A program made the translations under genes and the position numbers. Positions 32,571 to 43,158 of a stretch of 64,000 nucleotides of DNA are shown piece by piece. Position 1 is the stretch's first letter; each line of letters starts with the position of its first letter. Source of the DNA: an uncultured Ruficoccus sp. (lineage in GTDB: Bacteria; Verrucomicrobiota; Verrucomicrobiia; Opitutales; Cerasicoccaceae). The stretch covers positions 224,001 through 288,000 of the forward strand of contig OZ223510.1 in assembly GCA_965140785.1 (NCBI GenBank), read 5' to 3'. The notes under the pieces were generated by a model that was given only the letters and a program-made list of their open reading frames with translations, searched no databases and was not told the DNA's origin.

Positions 32571-33866
32571 CTACAGCAGGTCCGTGATCGAGCCGAACTC
32601 CGGGTCGAACAGATGCCGGTAGAGCCGGATCGCCTCGTGGTCGGTCAATTGCGTGAGGTAGTCGCAGAGCAGGCGGGCGCGGATAGACGGTTCCGTTTCG
32701 CGTTCGACCCAGGTGAGGGCGGGCTCGGGCAGGAGTTTCAGGCCCTTGGTGCCGGGCTGGAGGTGGCAGTCGAAAAAGGCGTTAAAAAGCCGCTCAATCA
32801 GAAAACCGCTCTTGAACTCGACCTGCTGGATGCGCGGCGAGCGGAAGACCAGGTCGAAAGCGATCTGCTTATACAGGGCACATTCGGCCTGGATTTCCGC
32901 CGGGACGCACAGGCGCCAGCGGTAGCGGGCACTCTTCTGGGCCAGCACGCCTTCGAAGGGCTCCAGCGTGGTTGAGCGGACGAACTCACCCAGCTTGCGT
33001 GCGAAAATCGCCTCCAGGTAATCCTCCGTCAGCAGCTCCAGCAGCGAGGCCAGGGCAGGGGAGTCGGCTTGTTCGCTGCCCGGCCCTTCGGCCCAGCGCT
33101 CGACGGCGGGGCGGGTCAGATAGCCGGCCTTGACGCTGTCCACGATGTCGTGGAGCGAGTAGGCGGTGTCATCGGCCCAATCCATGACCTGGCACTCCAG
33201 GCTCTTGGCGGCATTGGCCGCAGCCGGATCGGTAAAATCGGCGGGCCACTCGCCCCCGGCCACAAAGTCCCGCAACCCGGCCTGATTGTCGTAAAGAAAA
33301 TGGTTCTCCGGAGGCGTGGCGTCTGTCGTCGGCGTCTGGTGGCTCCAGCAGTCCATCCAGAGCGCCTTGTACTTGAGGACTCCGTCGAGAAAGGCTCGGC
33401 TGGGGGACATGCCGTGGGGGGTGTCCTTGCGCTGCCAAAAGGTTTCGGTCAGGATGCGGGCGGTCTGGGCGTTGCCCTCGAAGCCTCCCCACGGGGCCAT
33501 CAGCTCGTTGAGCTTGCGCTCGCCAATGTGCCCGAAAGGCGGGTGCCCCAGGTCGTGGGAGAGACCGACCGCCTCCAGCAGATCGACATCCATATCCACG
33601 TCGGGTAAATAACGGGGTATGAAGTGCTCGCCGATGGAGCGGGCGATCCGGGCCACCTCCAGCGAGTGGGTCAGCCGGGTGCGGTAAAAATCGTACTCGC
33701 CGGACTGGAAGACCTGCGTCTTCGATTGCAAACGCCGGAAGGCGTAAGAAAAAATCACCCGGTCCCGGTCGAGCTGGAAGGGGCGACGCTTGTCGGAGTC
33801 GCCGCCGGGGCGGGGCGAACCAAAGCGTTCATTGTCAAAATCGCTGTAAAATTCGGGATGGGTCAT
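32571..33866 (-). CDS. dgt: dGTP triphosphohydrolase (HD domain)
   Basis: 'RRLQSKTQVF', 'RTRLTHSLEV', 'HDLGHPPFGH', 'FEGNAQ', 'ADDTAY'. Confidence 0.92.
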   Translation of the reverse strand: MTHPEFYSDFDNERFGSPRPGGDSDKRRPFQLDRDRVIFSYAFRRLQSKTQVFQSGEYDFYRTRLTHSLEVARIARSIGEHFIPRYLPDVDMDVDLLEAVGLSHDLGHPPFGHIGERKLNELMAPWGGFEGNAQTARILTETFWQRKDTPHGMSPSRAFLDGVLKYKALWMDCWSHQTPTTDATPPENHFLYDNQAGLRDFVAGGEWPADFTDPAAANAAKSLECQVMDWADDTAYSLHDIVDSVKAGYLTRPAVERWAEGPGSEQADSPALASLLELLTEDYLEAIFARKLGEFVRSTTLEPFEGVLAQKSARYRWRLCVPAEIQAECALYKQIAFDLVFRSPRIQQVEFKSGFLIERLFNAFFDCHLQPGTKGLKLLPEPALTWVERETEPSIRARLLCDYLTQLTDHEAIRLYRHLFDPEFGSITDLL

Positions 33867-33911
33867 AGATTTGGCTTTGCGGATTTCGCCGGGAGCGATA
33901 GAACCCATTTT

Positions 33912-34553
33912 GTGAACTTAGCCCCAAAGTCCAACCTAAAGCGTGCCTTACCCCTCATCACGGCCGCCCTGATCCTGATAACCAGCGCCCATGCCCGGAT
34001 CGGAGAGAGTAAAAGCTCACTTGAGAACCGTTTGCTCAAGGATCGTACCGCCGTAAAAGTCCCCTCACGCGACCGGGACGCCCTGCTGGAGCACCGCTCG
34101 GTCCTCTACAAAAACCTTTACGAGTTTCTCCCCGAGGACATCGAGCAGGAGATCTATTACAAACTGGCCGAGGACGGCCAGGCCACCACGGCAGATCTGG
34201 AGGAACTGTTCCCGGACGGCTGGATGGTGCACGTCATTTACTATAAGGGGCAGTCGGTCTTCGAGGCCTACCGCCGCAACGGTGCGGGAATCAACCGCTA
34301 CGAGGAGGAGGGCATCCTCATGCTCAACAAGGGCGGCTCCCACTGGCAGTACGTCAAGGACGCCAGCGAGACAGCCATCGGGTACAATATGGAGCGGGCC
34401 GACGGAGAGGTCCGCGCCCTCAAAAAAGGAAACTACCTCATCCTCTACCGCACGGAATTTGACCAGGGCATCAAGACGCTCAAGGACGAGGCCGCCGCCG
34501 AAGGCGACGCCCTCTCCAAAGAAGCCGCCCCCGACAGCATCCAGGGCTTCTAG
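33912..34553 (+). CDS. Hypothetical secreted protein
   Basis: Signal-peptide-like 'KRALPLITAALILITSAHA'; host-like codon usage; start uncertain. Confidence 0.6.
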   Translation: MNLAPKSNLKRALPLITAALILITSAHARIGESKSSLENRLLKDRTAVKVPSRDRDALLEHRSVLYKNLYEFLPEDIEQEIYYKLAEDGQATTADLEELFPDGWMVHVIYYKGQSVFEAYRRNGAGINRYEEEGILMLNKGGSHWQYVKDASETAIGYNMERADGEVRALKKGNYLILYRTEFDQGIKTLKDEAAAEGDALSKEAAPDSIQGF

Positions 34554-34868
34554 CTCCGGCTGGAGCAGCAATGATGGGGCTGCGCCCCATGAGTAAAATA
34601 GCACACGGGAGGACCATGGGGCTTGATTGCTTCCTCTTACGGGCAGCCCACGCTTCACAACTCTTGCACGTTCAAACCCGAAACTTTCAAACCATCCTGC
34701 TCCCGGGGTAGCGGCCTTTCTGGCCGCGTAGGGGCGCAGCCCCTGGTTGTCCTGTGCGACCACGCACCCGCGCAGGGGCGAAGCCCCTGGTTGTCCAGTG
34801 CGGTCACGCACCCGCGGAGTTTGGGGTTGCCCATAAGGGCAAGTGGCTTACGTTTTCCCTTTTTACTT

Positions 34869-36362
34869 ATGGCGAAAGACTGGCTAGAAGGTGTCAACGG
34901 CTCCTACGACGCGGTGGTGATCGGCAGCGGACTGGGCGGCCTGACCGGCGCGAATATTTTGGGCAAAATGGGCCACCGCGTGCTCGTGCTGGAGCACCAT
35001 TATCAATTCGGCGGCCTGGCCACGTGGTTCAAACGCCCGCGGCGGCACATTTTTGACATCTCGCTGCACGGCTTCCCGGTGGGCATGATCAAGTCCTGCC
35101 GCAAGTACTGGACGAAGGAAATCGCCGACTCGATCGTGCAGATCCAGTCCATCCGCTTCGTCAACCCGCAATTCAACATCGACACGACTTTCGACCGGGG
35201 GGATTTCACCCGCATCCTGCAGGAAACGTTCAAGGTGCCCCGCGAGCGCGTGGAGGGCTTTTTCGAGCACCTGCGGCAGATGAACTACTACGACCGGGAC
35301 ACCCGCACGACCAAGGAGATGTTCGAGGAGTTCTTTCCGGGCCGTAACGACGTGCACCGCCTGCTGATGGAGCCCATCGCCTACGCCAACGGCTCCACCT
35401 GGGACGACCCGGCTATCACCTACGGGATCGTCTTCTCGAACTTCATGAGCAAGGGCGTGTACATCTACCAGGGCGGGACCGACCAGCTCATTTCCCGCAT
35501 GACCGCCGAACTGGAGAAAAACGGCGTCGAGATCCGCAAAAACTGCCTGGTGGAAAAAGTGTACACCGAGGACGACCCCGCCACCGGCCGCAAGCGCGTG
35601 GTCGGCATCCGGGCCAACGGACGGGGCGGCCCCTCCCGCGACATTGCCTGCAAGGCCGTCCTCTCCAACGCCAATATCAAGAACACCGTGCTCCAGCTCG
35701 CGGGCAGGGAAAGCTTTCAGCCCGACTATGTGGCCGAGACCGAAAAAGTCCGCGTCAACACCAGCTCCTGCCAGGTGTACCTCGGCATCCGCGAGGGCGA
35801 GTCGATCCCGAACATCGGCGACCTCGTTTTCACCTCCGAGGCGCCGGAATTTTCCAGTGATGAGTTGACGGACTTCAACACCACGAGCCGGACTTTTTCC
35901 GTTTATTACCCGGAGACCCGCCCGCAGAATCCGGTCGAGCGCTACGCCATCGTGGCCTCGCTCAACGCTCGCTTCAAGGACTGGGAAAAGCTCAACGAGG
36001 CCGAGTACGAGCTGGCCAAGGAGCGCATCGTCACCCAGGCCCTGGACGGGCTGGAGAAATTCATCCCCGACATCCGCCAGAAGGTGGACTGGCAGGAGGC
36101 GGCCACGCCGCGCACCGTCCAGCACTACACACGGCACTTCGGCGGCACCTCCTTCGGCACGAAGTTCGAGGGCCTGAAAGTTTCCATGGAATTGCCCGAA
36201 CAGGTTTCCGGGCTTTACCACGCCGGTTCGGTCGGCATTATTATGTCCGGCTGGCTCGGCACCATCAACTATGGGGTGATCGTCGCCAGCAAGGCAGATT
36301 CCTTCCTCGCAGCCGCCAAGCGCGGCGAACCCGCGCCGGCATCCCTCGGCACCCGACACTGA
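34869..36362 (+). CDS. FAD-dependent oxidoreductase of the phytoene desaturase-like family
   Basis: Rossmann 'VIGSGLGG', 'EHHYQFGG', 'ATPRT', 'GLYHAG'. Confidence 0.8.
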   Translation: MAKDWLEGVNGSYDAVVIGSGLGGLTGANILGKMGHRVLVLEHHYQFGGLATWFKRPRRHIFDISLHGFPVGMIKSCRKYWTKEIADSIVQIQSIRFVNPQFNIDTTFDRGDFTRILQETFKVPRERVEGFFEHLRQMNYYDRDTRTTKEMFEEFFPGRNDVHRLLMEPIAYANGSTWDDPAITYGIVFSNFMSKGVYIYQGGTDQLISRMTAELEKNGVEIRKNCLVEKVYTEDDPATGRKRVVGIRANGRGGPSRDIACKAVLSNANIKNTVLQLAGRESFQPDYVAETEKVRVNTSSCQVYLGIREGESIPNIGDLVFTSEAPEFSSDELTDFNTTSRTFSVYYPETRPQNPVERYAIVASLNARFKDWEKLNEAEYELAKERIVTQALDGLEKFIPDIRQKVDWQEAATPRTVQHYTRHFGGTSFGTKFEGLKVSMELPEQVSGLYHAGSVGIIMSGWLGTINYGVIVASKADSFLAAAKRGEPAPASLGTRH

Positions 36363-36385
36363 TTTTTTTAACCACCACACATGCC

Positions 36386-36826
36386 ATGGACGATCTCGTT
36401 AAAACCATTCCCCACCGCCCGCCGTTCCTCTTCATCGATGAGGTGACCGAACTGCGCGAGGACGGCATCAGCGCCCGCCGCACCCTGCGCGCGGACGAGT
36501 TTTACTTCGCGGGTCATTACCCCGGTAACCCGATCATGCCCGGCGTGCTTCTGTGCGAGTCGGCCTTTCAGACCGCCGCCGTCTATCTGGTTAAGAAGAT
36601 GGAGTCCGAAGGCGTGGACATGGGCACGCGCACGCCGATCCTCTCGCGCATCGGCGACGCCAAGTTCAAGAACATCGTCCGCCCCGGCGAGACCTTCACC
36701 ATCGACGTCACCTACGACAAGACCCTGGCCGACTTCCACTTTCTTAAGGCGGTGGTCAAGCGCGGCGACGGCAAGACCGCCGTCATGCTCGACTTCGTCC
36801 TGGCCATGGTTGAGGAAAAGTCATGA
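36386..36826 (+). CDS. 3-hydroxyacyl-ACP dehydratase, FabZ family
   Basis: '[11 protein letters not shown]', '[16 protein letters not shown]'. Confidence 0.88.
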   Translation: MDDLVKTIPHRPPFLFIDEVTELREDGISARRTLRADEFYFAGHYPGNPIMPGVLLCESAFQTAAVYLVKKMESEGVDMGTRTPILSRIGDAKFKNIVRPGETFTIDVTYDKTLADFHFLKAVVKRGDGKTAVMLDFVLAMVEEKS

Positions 36827-37629
36827 GCGGCTTTCTCGAACTGACGGGCAAGACCTTTCTGGTCACCGGCGTGGCCAACCGCAAGAGCGTCGCCTGGCAC
36901 ATCGCCCAAATTCTCGAAGGGGAGGGCGCCAAGGTCGTCTTCAGTGTGCGCTCCGACGAGCGTCGCGCCACCACCGCCAAGCTGCTCGACGGCCGCCCCG
37001 TCTATGTCTGCGATGTGGAGGACGAGGCGCAAATCACCGCGCTGGCTGAGCAGGCCGGCGCCGAGCATGGCCCCTTTCACGGTCTCGTGCACTCGATCGC
37101 ATTCGCCAACTTCAGCGCCGGGCCGCAGCCCTTTCACGGCACGCGCCGTGAGGATTTCTTGCAGGCGACGACGATCAGTTGCTTCTCATTGGTCGAGTTG
37201 GCCCGCGCCTTCAAGCCGTACCTCGACCCACAAGCCTCGGTCGTTGCCATCGGCATCTCCTCGCAGGTCACCGCGGAAAACTACGGCTACCTCTCGCCGA
37301 TCAAGGCCGCCCTCGACTCCGCCACCCGCTTTCTCGCCAAGTCCTTCAGCGCCGACACCGAAGTGCGCTTCAACACCGTCAACCCCGGCCCGCTCAAGAC
37401 CAGCGCCTCCGCCGGCATCCCCGGCTATTTAGAGAACTACCTCTACGCCGAAAAGCTCACGCTGCGAAAAAAAGCCGTCACCACCCAGGAGGTCGCCAAC
37501 ACCGCCGCCTTTTTGTTGAGCCCGCGCTCCAGCGGCATCAACGGCCAGTCGCTCGTGGTCAATGCCGGGATGGACATGAACTACTTCGACCGCGAAGTCA
37601 TCGATGCCGCCATGCGGCCCAAGGTTTGA
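36823..37629 (+). CDS. Enoyl-ACP reductase, FabI-like
   Basis: '[10 protein letters not shown]', 'HSIAFA', Y-x6-K ('YGYLSPIK'), 'GPLKT'. Confidence 0.85.
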   Translation: MSGFLELTGKTFLVTGVANRKSVAWHIAQILEGEGAKVVFSVRSDERRATTAKLLDGRPVYVCDVEDEAQITALAEQAGAEHGPFHGLVHSIAFANFSAGPQPFHGTRREDFLQATTISCFSLVELARAFKPYLDPQASVVAIGISSQVTAENYGYLSPIKAALDSATRFLAKSFSADTEVRFNTVNPGPLKTSASAGIPGYLENYLYAEKLTLRKKAVTTQEVANTAAFLLSPRSSGINGQSLVVNAGMDMNYFDREVIDAAMRPKV

Positions 37630-37636
37630 ACCTGCC

Positions 37637-38674
37637 ATGCGTTTTAACAATGTCGCCATCGCAGCGATCGCTCACGTCGAGCCCCCGGAGGTCGTCACCT
37701 CCGCCCAGATAGAGGAGCGCCTGCAGCCGCTTTACGAACGCGTCAAGCTGCCTGCCGGGCGCCTGGAGCTGATGACCGGCATCCGCGAGCGCCGCTTCTG
37801 GCCCGCGGACACCCGGCCCTCCGCCATTTCCGCCGAAGCCGGACAGAAGGCACTGGCCCAGTTGCCTGAGGAAGAACGCAAGTGTATTGACTTATTGATA
37901 CACTGCGGTGTATGCCGCGACCGCCTGGAGCCCTCGACCGCCTCCTATGTTCACGGCGCGCTCGGCCTGCCCGCCTCGACGCAGATATTCGACCTTTCCA
38001 ACGCCTGCCTGGGCTTCATGAACGCCCTCGTCGTCGCCGCCGGGATGATCGAGTCCGGCCAGATCGAGCGCGCCCTGCTCGTCTCTGGCGAAAACGGCAA
38101 GCCCCTGCTGGAGCGCACCCTGGCCCAGCTGCTCGACCCCGGCCTGACCCGTAAGCAGGTGAAACCCTTTTTCGCCAACCTCACCATCGGCGCCGGTGGC
38201 GTGGCCGCCGTGCTCACGCGCAAGGACCTCGCCCCCGCAGGAGCGCCACGCTTGAGCGTGGCCGTGGCCCAGACCGACTCCGCTTCGAACCGCCTGTGCG
38301 AGGGCGACGCCTCGGGCACCGGCGCCCTGGAGATGCAGACCGACGCGGTTGCGCTGCTGGAGGCAGGCGTCTCGCTCGCCCGAGACACCTGGACCGCATT
38401 TAAGGACGCCTCCGGCTGGAACGAACAGACACCCAGCCGCATCATTTGCCACCAGGTCGGTCGCCAGCACCAGCGCCGCCTGCTGGAGGAGATCGGTGTC
38501 GCCCCGGAAAAGGACTACAGCACTTTCGAAACGCTCGGCAATGCCGGTTCAGTCTCGTGCCCGCTGACCTTCTCCAAGGGCCTACAAACCGGCGCCATCC
38601 GCCCCGGTGACAAGGCCGCTCTGCTCGGCATCGGCAGCGGGCTGTGCTGCCTCATGCTCGCCATCGAGTGCTAG
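37637..38674 (+). CDS. oleA: OleA-like thiolase/KAS III (head-to-head acyl condensation)
   Basis: 'LEPSTA', 'DLSNACLGF', 'LTIGAG', 'CHQVG', 'GIGSGL'. Confidence 0.75.
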   Translation: MRFNNVAIAAIAHVEPPEVVTSAQIEERLQPLYERVKLPAGRLELMTGIRERRFWPADTRPSAISAEAGQKALAQLPEEERKCIDLLIHCGVCRDRLEPSTASYVHGALGLPASTQIFDLSNACLGFMNALVVAAGMIESGQIERALLVSGENGKPLLERTLAQLLDPGLTRKQVKPFFANLTIGAGGVAAVLTRKDLAPAGAPRLSVAVAQTDSASNRLCEGDASGTGALEMQTDAVALLEAGVSLARDTWTAFKDASGWNEQTPSRIICHQVGRQHQRRLLEEIGVAPEKDYSTFETLGNAGSVSCPLTFSKGLQTGAIRPGDKAALLGIGSGLCCLMLAIEC

Positions 38675-38690
38675 GGGAGGGGATTTTACT

Positions 38691-39575
38691 ATGACCGCGA
38701 TGAACGCTTCCTCCGACTGGCGCCCGCTTTACCCTTTCGAGTCGCACTGGCTTCAGACCGAGTCCGGGCGCGTGCACTATGTGGACGAGGGGGCAGGGGA
38801 GGAGGCCGTCGTCTTCGTCCATGGCAACCCGACCTGGTCCTTCTTTTACCGCAACCTCATCCTCGGACTGCGTGACAAGTTCCGCTGCGTCGCCATCGAC
38901 CACCTCGGCATGGGCCTCTCCGACAAACCGCAGGACACCACCTATCAACTGGCCGACCGTATCGAACATTTGGATACGCTCATCCGCACGCTCGGCTTGA
39001 AGCGTTTTCACCTCGTTGTACACGACTGGGGCGGTGCCATCGGTATCGGCGCTGCGCTGCGCCACCTGGACAAGCTCGACCGTATCCAGATAATGAATAC
39101 GGCGGCCTTTCGCTCGCCACTCATGCCGTGGCAAATCGCCGGGTGCCGCCTGCCGCTGATCGGTGAGTTTTTCGTGCGCGGCTTCAACGGCTTCGCCGGA
39201 TGCGCGACCCACATGGCGGTGGCGAAAAAGCTCCCGCCCGCCGTCAAAGCCGGCTACCTGCATCCGCACCGAAACTGGCACGACCGGGTCGCCGTGGCAC
39301 GCTTCGTGCAGGACATCCCGACCAAGCCTGCCGACCCGAGCTATCCGGCCTTGCTGGAGATCGAAAATAATCTCCCCAGGCTGGCCGCCCATCCCATGCA
39401 GATTCTCTGGGGCATGCAGGACTTTTGCTTCAACGCAAAATTCCTCGACGAATGGGAACGACGTTTTCCACAGGTGCCGGTTCACCGACTTGAAGCAGCC
39501 GGCCACTATCTGCTCGAGGACGAGCCCGAGCGCACGCTGAAGCTGACGCAGGGGTTCCTGACAAACAACAAGTGA
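38691..39575 (+). CDS. oleB: OleB-like alpha/beta hydrolase (haloalkane dehalogenase family; beta-lactone decarboxylase candidate)
   Basis: 'HGNPTWSF', 'VHDWGG', 'AGHYLLED'; adjacent to the oleA-like gene. Confidence 0.7.
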   Translation: MTAMNASSDWRPLYPFESHWLQTESGRVHYVDEGAGEEAVVFVHGNPTWSFFYRNLILGLRDKFRCVAIDHLGMGLSDKPQDTTYQLADRIEHLDTLIRTLGLKRFHLVVHDWGGAIGIGAALRHLDKLDRIQIMNTAAFRSPLMPWQIAGCRLPLIGEFFVRGFNGFAGCATHMAVAKKLPPAVKAGYLHPHRNWHDRVAVARFVQDIPTKPADPSYPALLEIENNLPRLAAHPMQILWGMQDFCFNAKFLDEWERRFPQVPVHRLEAAGHYLLEDEPERTLKLTQGFLTNNK

Positions 39576-39613
39576 GCACCTTGTAAGAGACGAGCCCCGA
39601 CTTTATAAAAAGT

Positions 39614-41161
39614 TTACTCGGAGTCCGCCGGAGGCTCTCCCTGCCGGTAGAAAAGCTCGCCCAGGCTGCGCAGGTACGTGGCACTCTCACGCCAGAGCGT
39701 GTCGAGCTGCTCGGGATGATAGCGCCACTGCCAGTTGCCCGCGGCCTCGCCAGGTCTATTCATACGGGCCTCGGAACCGAGATTCATCAGGTCCTGCATG
39801 GGGATGATGGCCAGGCGTGAGACCGAGCGATAGGCGGCGCGGATGCAGTCCCACTGCGGTACCGATCCGTCCACGCTGAAATAACGACGGAAATGATCCG
39901 CAGTTTTGCCGTCAGCTGAGCGGTACCAGCCCAGTGTGGTGTCGTTGTCATGCACCCCGGGATAGACGACACTGTTAGGAATCAGGTTGTGCGGGAGGTA
40001 GAGATTGTCGCTGCCGGAGCCGAAGGCAAATTGCAGGATCGCCATGCCCGGCAGGCCGGTGGCCCGGTGCATCGCGCGTACCTCGGGTGTGATTTCGCCT
40101 AAATCCTCGGCGATGAGCTTCGCGCCGGGCATTTCTTTCTGCACGGCCTTGAAAAAGTCGAGCCCCGGCCCGGGCTTCCATTTTCCACCGCGGGCGTCCT
40201 TGGCACCGGCCGGGACGGACCAGTACGACTCGAACCCCCGGAAGTGGTCCAATCGGATGATGTCGTAGAGCTTGAAATTCGCTTCCAGCCGTTTCAGCCA
40301 CCACGCGTAGCCCTCCTCTTTGAGCTTGTCCCAGTTGAAGAGGGGATTGCCCCAAAGCTGGCCCAACGGGGAGAAATAGTCTGGCGGGACACCGGCCATT
40401 GCGGTCGGCTGGGCGTTCTTGTCGAGTTGAAACAGCTCAGGCCGCGCCCAGACATCGGCGCTGTCGAGCGCGACAAAGATCGGCACGTCGCCGATGATTT
40501 CCACGTTTTTGCCCGCCGCATAGGCGCGTACCTCCCGCCACTGATTAAAAAACAGGTACTGAGTGAACTTGACCGCCTCCATAGGTGCGCTGAGTTCTTT
40601 CTGAAGATCGCTTTGGCAAAAATCGGCGTAGGTGCGGTATTTTTTCGGCCACTCGAACCACGGCTTGCCACCAAAGTGCGCCTTGCAGGCCATAAAAGCG
40701 GCGTAGGGCGTCAGCCAGTCGGATTCCTCTTGGGAAAATTCGACATAAGAACCGTAGCCGGGCAAACCATTCGGATCACCACCGAAGCGCTCACAGGCCA
40801 TCCCCAGGATGGGCCAGAACCGCTGGTAAAGCTCGCCGTAGTCCACATGATCCTGCGGCAAGTGGCGTAGCGGCTTCAATTCCTCGTCCTTGAGCAGGCC
40901 CAAGCCGACCAGCGCATGCAAATCGATCAGATACGGATTCCCGGCAAAAGCCGAAAAGCACTGGTAGGGCGAGTCGCCATACCCAGTCGGCCCCATTGGG
41001 CACAGTTGCCAGTGCCGCATGCCCGCCGCCTCCAGAAAATCAATCAGCCGCCGGGCCTCGCGTCCCAGCTTACCGATCCCCAGTTCACCGGGCAGGGAGG
41101 TTGGGTGCAGAAGCACACCCGCGTGACGGTATTCGAGCCAGGGAAAGAGTGGTGACGCCAT
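39614..41161 (-). CDS. malQ: 4-alpha-glucanotransferase (amylomaltase)
   Basis: 'GVLLHPTSLP', 'GVPPDYFS', 'RLDHFRGF', 'AEDLG', 'HDNDT'. Confidence 0.95.
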   Translation of the reverse strand: MASPLFPWLEYRHAGVLLHPTSLPGELGIGKLGREARRLIDFLEAAGMRHWQLCPMGPTGYGDSPYQCFSAFAGNPYLIDLHALVGLGLLKDEELKPLRHLPQDHVDYGELYQRFWPILGMACERFGGDPNGLPGYGSYVEFSQEESDWLTPYAAFMACKAHFGGKPWFEWPKKYRTYADFCQSDLQKELSAPMEAVKFTQYLFFNQWREVRAYAAGKNVEIIGDVPIFVALDSADVWARPELFQLDKNAQPTAMAGVPPDYFSPLGQLWGNPLFNWDKLKEEGYAWWLKRLEANFKLYDIIRLDHFRGFESYWSVPAGAKDARGGKWKPGPGLDFFKAVQKEMPGAKLIAEDLGEITPEVRAMHRATGLPGMAILQFAFGSGSDNLYLPHNLIPNSVVYPGVHDNDTTLGWYRSADGKTADHFRRYFSVDGSVPQWDCIRAAYRSVSRLAIIPMQDLMNLGSEARMNRPGEAAGNWQWRYHPEQLDTLWRESATYLRSLGELFYRQGEPPADSE

Positions 41162-41263
41162 AGAATATGCCTAAAGTACCCAGACAGCCATCGGGCCGTC
41201 AAAACGAAAGGAGCAGGGACGCTGCCAGTCAGTGAATAAATCCGAAAATGGCCGTCGCAATAA

Positions 41264-41291
41264 ATTAGACATAATGTTTATTGTGCGAAAT
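41264..41291 (-). other. dif-like XerC/XerD recombination site (left attachment site of the prophage)
   Basis: Minus strand ATTTCGCACAA-TAAACA-TTATGTCTAAT: 11-6-11 layout resembling E. coli dif GGTGCGCATAA-TGTATA-TTATGTTAAAT; intergenic, at the host/phage boundary. Confidence 0.8.
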
Positions 41292-41336
41292 TCGCTAGGT
41301 GGAGAAAAAACCGCAAGCTATCTAAGCTGTTGCGGT

Positions 41337-41501
41337 TCAACCTTTAGCACCGTGCTGTTCAAGCAGTCTGGAAATGTGGAAGCGGACCCAATTGGATTCG
41401 GTCCGGCCTTCCTTGGCAGCGACTTCCTTTAAGCGAGCTTTCATTTCCTTGGTTACGACAGCTTGAATGACGGCGGAGTCCTTACCTCGTTCGCCCTTCA
41501 T
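41337..41501 (-). CDS. Ribbon-helix-helix (Arc/CopG-like) repressor
   Basis: 'IQAVVTKEMKARLKEVAAKEGRTESNWVR'; AAGGAG RBS upstream of the ATG at 41501. Confidence 0.7.
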   Translation of the reverse strand: MKGERGKDSAVIQAVVTKEMKARLKEVAAKEGRTESNWVRFHISRLLEQHGAKG

Positions 41502-41554
41502 TGATTCAGAACTCCTTATATAGTTCGTCGGGTTTGTCAATTGTATTGCAGCGG

Positions 41555-41602
41555 GAGTAATACTCTAACATATATGTCGATGTAATCGGGAGTATGACTC
41601 CC
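41555..41602. promoter_or_regulatory. Two palindromic operator-like boxes upstream of the RHH gene
   Basis: GAGTA-A-TACTC (41555-41565) and GGGAGT-ATG-ACTCCC (41588-41602). Confidence 0.45.
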
Positions 41603-41647
41603 AAATACCTCCCCCACGTAGATTGATATGCAACAGGCAGAGCAAAC

Positions 41648-42148
41648 TTACAGCTTCGGCGGAATCAGGGGCAGTTTAGCCCTAATTTCCTCCGGCGTCA
41701 TCCTGCCAGCGTCACCCACTATATGGACAAGCGGTATCCCGGCTGCACTGAATACGGCATCAACGAATTCGTCACGTTGTTTCCGGTCTTCTCTCTGGTG
41801 CGATGCGTCATCCAGTTCGACCGCAAAGGCAATTTCGCTCGGCCCCCGGGTGATGACGAAATCGACGTGTTTCCTGTCAGTTCGAGCACGCATGGAACCA
41901 TACGCTCTACGGTCTTGCGTACCCTTTATGCGGATCACGTCCGCCACTCGCACCTTGCTGTGTATGTGCATGTCTTCGGGCAGGCAGCGTTTGAGCAGGT
42001 GGAAAAGCACGCATTCGTGCCTCGTCAGAAGCCATTTCCGCGCCTCGGCCAGTGTCGTGTCTGCCGCGTTGCCTTCTGGTTTTCGCAAGGCTTTGAGCAT
42101 GGTCGCAATGACCAATAATACCGCAAATCCAATAATGATATAGGTCAT
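41648..42148 (-). CDS. DUF2726 family membrane-anchored protein (nuclease-like fold)
   Basis: N-terminal TM; 'KVRVADVI', 'KHVDFVI', 'VELDDASH', 'RDEFVD..F..AGIPLVH'. Confidence 0.8.
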   Translation of the reverse strand: MTYIIIGFAVLLVIATMLKALRKPEGNAADTTLAEARKWLLTRHECVLFHLLKRCLPEDMHIHSKVRVADVIRIKGTQDRRAYGSMRARTDRKHVDFVITRGPSEIAFAVELDDASHQREDRKQRDEFVDAVFSAAGIPLVHIVGDAGRMTPEEIRAKLPLIPPKL

Positions 42149-42214
42149 GTGCTCAGACTATCCGGTATTTACCAAGCAGTAAAATCCAAAACCACTCAAA
42201 CCGAAGGAACCGAA

Positions 42215-42502
42215 ATGACATCAGAAGAAACGATCCGCCTTACTGAGGCTGCACAATCAATCGGGCTGACAAAATTCCCCGATTTGCAAATGGAAGTCTG
42301 CGACTGGGAAACTCGCGTTTCCTACAGTGAACGCAACGGCGTTGAATACGACCACCGCGGGCAAATTTGCGTTATGCTGTTTGAGCGTCTTGATGAGGCT
42401 AAAGCCCGTCGTCTTTACTTCTCGAATCGGTATCCAGATTGGCGGGTATATCGTCGTGGCAATCGGGTTGTTATCACCCTCAAGGAAAAGGCCGTGGCAT
42501 GA
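42215..42502 (+). CDS. Phage hypothetical protein
   Basis: AAGGA RBS; stop overlaps the next ATG (ATGA). Confidence 0.55.
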   Translation: MTSEETIRLTEAAQSIGLTKFPDLQMEVCDWETRVSYSERNGVEYDHRGQICVMLFERLDEAKARRLYFSNRYPDWRVYRRGNRVVITLKEKAVA

Positions 42503-42900
42503 GTACCCCAAGCGCCCTATCCGCTCTGCGGTCTGCCCGTGCTCAAGTGGATCTGATCCACTGCGGATTACATCATTCTTTCGGTTGCATGGGCGAAGTT
42601 GCCCTGGACGCTATGCGGGATGAATTGCTCTCTTACTTAGAGGCTGAAATTTTGCTCCTCCCCGTGGAGGCGCAAGCGTCGGAACCTTCGGCGGGGGGGC
42701 GGGCAATGAGTGGTATCGAGCCCGCTCCCACACGAGGTTTACCGCGCATGTTCATGCGTTCGGAACCCCGCGACAAGACCGTCTGCTTTGTCCTGACGGA
42801 ACGCGAACGCAAGCGGCTTAGATCTATGGCTAAATCCCAGGGCATCACGGTTTCCGCGCTGTGTGCCGAATGGATCACAGAAAGGCTTTCTGATGCGTGA
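42499..42900 (+). CDS. Phage protein with a C-terminal RHH-like DNA-binding domain
   Basis: 'VCFVLTERERKRLRSMAKSQGITVSALCAEWI'. Confidence 0.5.
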   Translation: MSTPSALSALRSARAQVDLIHCGLHHSFGCMGEVALDAMRDELLSYLEAEILLLPVEAQASEPSAGGRAMSGIEPAPTRGLPRMFMRSEPRDKTVCFVLTERERKRLRSMAKSQGITVSALCAEWITERLSDA

Positions 42901-42992
42901 CAATCGTCACCATCAAGGCGGGAGCGGGAGGTTGGCGAGCACGCCGTCAGCCTCCCGTATTCGTTTTTCACTACACACACCCACGTTGCCCC

Positions 42993-43130
42993 ATGCTTCC
43001 GTATGACGCTCAAGAATTCTTTGTAGGCGTAGGCGCTTGGCTCGCTTTTTTCGGGGCTGCGTGGTGGTCGCAAGTCGCGATCCGTTTTTTCAAACGGATG
43101 TTCGATGCAGCATCGGACATTCCTTCGTAA
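42993..43130 (+). CDS. Small hydrophobic minor coat protein (pVII/pIX-like)
   Basis: 45 aa with a single TM segment, immediately upstream of the major coat gene. Confidence 0.55.
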   Translation: MLPYDAQEFFVGVGAWLAFFGAAWWSQVAIRFFKRMFDAASDIPS

Positions 43131-43158
43131 CCCAACCCAAACCGAAAGGTATCGTATC

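Noticed and set aside
32571..33866. dGTPase as an anti-phage nucleotide-depletion system
   Set aside because: Host-like composition and housekeeping context suggest an ordinary dgt.
41162..41263. tRNA/tmRNA as the prophage integration target
   Set aside because: No cloverleaf or T-loop motif is visible; the boundary coincides with the dif-like site.
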